Shown piece after piece: positions 59,822 through 64,000 of a stretch of DNA of 64,000 bases. Origin of the DNA: Perkinsus chesapeaki ATCC PRA-425 (lineage: Eukaryota > Protista > Perkinsozoa); NCBI GenBank assembly GCA_013115145.1, contig JAAPAO010000009.1:1-64000 (forward strand). The letters are read 5' to 3'. Each line of letters begins with the position of its first letter. Position 1 is the first letter of the stretch. Under the pieces are notes generated by a model that did not search any database, was not told the DNA's origin, and saw nothing but the letters and a program-made list of their open reading frames with translations. Made by a program: the position numbers and the translations under genes.

Positions 59822-62800
59822 ATGCCTCAAGTAGGCTCCTCCTCATCCCACCCATCAGGCCCATTAGGTCCCCCTGATGCCCGCAAGGCTGTGGCTGCTC
59901 TCCAGCCGGCTGTAGTGCGACTAATCAGCACTGGGCCGCAGCAGCAACCCAATGCCGATGACATCACTGAGGTAGACAGTGCTTCCTCCTCAAACTCCCA
60001 TTGCCCCGCAGGTGCTAAAGTCCTTCGATCAAAAAGCTCTGCACTATGCATTCGAGCTCGCATATGTCCCTCTAGTCGCGATGCTGAAGCAGTCTTACAG
60101 GACGTTGCCCGAGAACTCCACAATATCGTTAGTCGAAGCTCTGGCGTATCTTTTGGACAAGCTCGATCCAGCAAGTAACGAACAACTCGCACCCACAGTG
60201 CCAATGTGCTCTCCCATAGAGGAACCAGCGCTACCAGAGCGAAGGTTGCATTCAGTCTTCCCTACAGTGACAACTGCGGTGCTGTTTCCAATCGCGGATT
60301 TCCACACGTCTCACAGCCCTATGGCCGAGGAGCTCGCGAGGGCGCTGGCTCGGCTGGCTGGAGCGCTAATTAAGTAACTTAGCCGGCACTGGGAGAGTCT
60401 GAAACAGCGGCAGTCAGATACCGTTCGTACTCGCCTTTGGCTTCACGCAACTCCTATCATGTTGGCTACACTTTGCACCTGTTGCTCAATCCGCTCCGTA
60501 TTAATGGCGACAAAGAGGGCCAAGTACTACCACACTTCCTTCAAATCTCGTATTGATTACCCTCGGTAGGTTGTATGTTTCAATGCTATATCGAATATAG
60601 CAGAGGAGCTGGCCAGCGACGATCAGGTTCGGCAATGGTATCCGGGTATCGTCAGTACAATCTCAACCGACGTAAGTCTCGGTAAGACCCTCGCAAGGCT
60701 AAAGCTCCTTTTAGGTCGTGATGGACCCACATGCTTCGAAGGCTGTTTTGTCGGCTGCGCTAGACTGCTGGAGAAAGTGGATGTCTATATGTATCGAGCC
60801 GGATACCGCCGAGGGCTCCGCTCCGTCCGATGATATTACGGGCACTGCTGTGGCGCTCGGTAAAGTGATCAGTCGATTCGGTAGTAAATGGCGGGTCGGT
60901 GGGGAATCAGGCATCTGCAGGCACTTCATCCCCGCTGCCAGTCATACCAAACTTCCGTCTACTCTTGACCGCACTAGAGCGAATGCCAGCATCTTGGGGT
61001 CAAGTGGCTGACGCACTGGACATACTGGTGGCTTCGGTGGCCATGGAGAAGGACCTAGCTTCCGAGGTGCCGGGGCCGCTACTTCGCCCGTATCACCTGA
61101 GAATTAGGCACAGCGGTCTCCTCGATATATAACCGAAGTCAAACGTTATGCAACGAGCCGGACAGTTGGTGCTATTGGCAAAGGAGATTGGAGTGTCGTC
61201 GAAGGATATGTAGGAGCGCCGCTGGTGCTGGTCGGCTACTGTTAGATATGTTACCTAGGTCACTGTGGCATATTCCTGTCTGGATGTCCGGGCGGTATGG
61301 GAGCATTTGATAAGTGTGGTGAAGCCTGAAGCATTTAGCGTGAAGGACGTAGTGAAGTCGGATTGGCATGTGGTGTTGGAGGAAGTCATAGGTCCTTTCG
61401 GAGAGGCAACCACTGCATCCTGGAGAGTCGGGGTCACCGATACCGGCGCAGCAGTCTATCGATTCGCTGTGGGCTGAGGTAGTTGAAGGGAACACTGACG
61501 GATTGTAATGTGATTGTCGCTTAATAAAGCAGCTCCAGGCAGTCCAAAGTGACGCTGCAACGGGTGCAACCTGAGCTAATCGCTCAGCCTCCAAATGAGC
61601 TGAAGCCCATTCGTATTATTCCCTTCGATTCGCCCTCAAATGATCATTTCGCTACCGCGAGCTATATCCTTCGTATTCCTCGCACCGCACTCTTTTGAAG
61701 CAGTAATATATCTCTCTACGTCCCCGTTCACAAACACACCTTGATCCGTTCACCAAGTTCCCCAGCTCTCGTGTATGTCCGCAGGTGGATCGTATTTCGG
61801 ACCAGAGTCTCGGTACCACTTGGATTGGGTCACTACTTCCCACCCTGGCAGAGCTCTGTGAGCTGCTAGTGGATGAATCTGGTAATAACGGCGCAGGAGG
61901 GTTTCCGTTCATGGCCGTTCCAGACCTGACGGCTCCCTGCGCTCTAGCGGACCCCGGTCGAATTTCCCCTGGGGGCTTCTACTTATGGTTGTCCCTACTC
62001 CCGAGTAGCTTCTGGCGTGCACCGCAGCTTATTGAACTGCTGGTCGGCCGCATCGAAGAGGACTCTCAGGGATGGTCGATGTCAAGCTTGAGTAGGCATC
62101 AGATTGCGGTACCTTTCCGACTGCTCTATCCGCAGGTGATCGGTTGGACATGTACATGATGCTCAGGGCTGTGTCTCGGGCCGCCGCCGCGGCTCACGAG
62201 GCCACGAGTAGACCCCTATATCGCTCTCTTGGCATTCGATTTGTTCCGTGTTGTCAGCTCCTATTTTAACACGGCTGCTGTGCAGGCCGCTATTGTCGTG
62301 TCTGGGGAGCGAATACCCGTACATTCGATCGGCCGCCAGTTTGGCCATGTTGTGCCTGGCTGCCACCACAGGTGATAGAGGGATGGACTTGAGGGTGGCC
62401 TATCGCTGTTCAACGTGTTTGGTCGACCGTGTATGGCCATTGGTCATAGAATTGAAAGCAGCCCTTGGCTAAATTGCCACTGCATCCTACTGAGGGCCGT
62501 TGTCTGGTCTGGATCGGCATTGTGGGGAAACGAATCCAAATCCCCCAGCTCCGAGGCCCTATTAGTTCAGCTGTTACCCCTCAAGTGCCCATGAAGCCGC
62601 TACGTTAATCGCTATTCCCTCTGCTGGTACCATTTCGTTCTCCTCAGGTGTGGGGTCAGTAGGAGGGCTAATATACGACAATGCTGACAGAATAGTCGAT
62701 CAAGTTGTGTAGGCATCTGTTCTTGCTTATCTGGTAGAGCCCCGATCTTAGGTTTATCCTCCGCCATTCTTCGAGTCCATCCTCGTCAGCTCCATTGGTC

Positions 62801-64000
62801 TTAGCCCTTACAAGATACTCAGCAGGTTGATAGGCTGCCCTCCTTGCCATGGCGCATTGCATCTTCTGTCAGATTCGACTGAGGAGATGAGCTTTTGGCT
62901 GTCGGATATTGTAAAGGAGCTGGTCAGGGTGAAGACGACCGACGAGGCCTGGGTGAGTATTCGCCTTCGACGGTTGCGACTACTAGTACTAGAGAGATCC
63001 CGAGTGTACTGCAGTCTCCTCACCGCCGCGTCATTCGTCTTTGCACGCTCATTTAAAAAGTCCATTACGATCAGCGCAAGCTCCTCTGTTTTTGAAGTTA
63101 TCCAGTATGAATTTGTGGGCACCATCGCTCCTTCCGCACCTTCAGGTCCTCGAGTGTCTCTCAGCTGTTCTGTGGGTGATCTTTAAAGCGCAGGCTCCTT
63201 CTAGTAGCGGCACTGCACTTTCTGACGCTCCAACAGTTCCGCCACTAGAGGTCAGTTCTTGCCAGTTGCTTCCCTTTGGAGATCCCCATTAGGTGCTCTT
63301 CCTAGCCCTCCGTGATGACTCTACAGCATCACCCATCTGGCAGCCTTCTGGCAGCCATTGTGGTGCCCTTACCGCCACAGCGCTGTCCGACGAGGAGCTA
63401 AGTCGGCCGTTGACTCCTAGTGAGTGGATGGCCAAGGTTGCACTAGAACGGGTATGCCCGGTCTTTTGTAAAGGCTATTACTCCGTCCCAGGTTACACCG
63501 GTCCTGACCGCCTCGGATGCAAGGCTGTTGACGCCAGCGCTATGGTGCGTCTCTCGAGCCCTGCCGTTACTGCCAGAGCCTGCTCGGCCGGCGGCGTTGG
63601 TAGACTGTTGGGCAAGTCTTAAAGCTGCGGCGATGCAGCCAGGTCGATCGAAGTGAGCCAGTCGTCCTGTCAGGCCTGTTGATATGTGTTTGCCAGACCG
63701 CAGTGTCTACTAGCCGTTCTAGACCTTTTGTCGAATGTATTGCTTACGTCGATCGAGCTAGCTATCTTTATGAGAGACAGGGTTTGGTCCGATCTCTGGC
63801 CGGCCATGAGCAAGGTAAATTGGCGCAATTCCGACCCTTCCAACAGCGATCGCATCTTGCGTGACCTGACCGAGGCTCATTGGTCCCTCCCACACAAGTC
63901 GGTTCAGGTTCACCAAAGGGCCCAACAGCCTCATCATTCCGTCCACGCTCGCCTCCAACTTGCAGTCTGCAATAGTCTCGCGGACCTCTGCGGTGCCATA
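59822..64000 (+). CDS. Large HEAT/ARM-repeat protein, multi-exon, possibly TTI1-like; continues beyond the window
   Basis: Leu/Ala-rich helical exons (FELAYVPLVAMLK; LLSCLGSEYPYIRSAASLAMLCLA; LIYDNADRIVDQV, reminiscent of the TTI1 'LIxxNxDYLV' region). The family assignment is tentative. Confidence 0.5.

Overview
Eukaryotic protist genomic DNA, not prokaryotic: many short (~35-70 nt) GT-AG introns, flagellar CFAP91, eIF2-gamma, PNO1, and a 20/22 match to the Perkinsus/dinoflagellate spliced leader. A Perkinsus-type alveolate is the best inference. Gene-dense blocks contain a NECAP homolog, a TPR protein, six ZupT-type ZIP metal transporters, a putative acylated beta-propeller, CFAP91, an MFS transporter, an actin-like protein, a Tom7-like gene, an ELAV-like RRM gene, eIF2-gamma, PNO1 and a HEAT-repeat gene. 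These blocks alternate with gene-poor, repeat-rich islands carrying MITE-like elements, gene fragments and intronless secreted-protein genes (a gamma-glutamyl hydrolase and three double-saposin-like proteins). The standout observation is two tandem genes (36653-39749 and 40391-43181) that each fuse a Rab2-like GTPase domain with a remodelled switch II (WDTVWG, no catalytic Gln) in frame, within one exon, to an apparently intact malic enzyme. Exon boundaries and family assignments were made by eye from motif recognition; no database searches were run.
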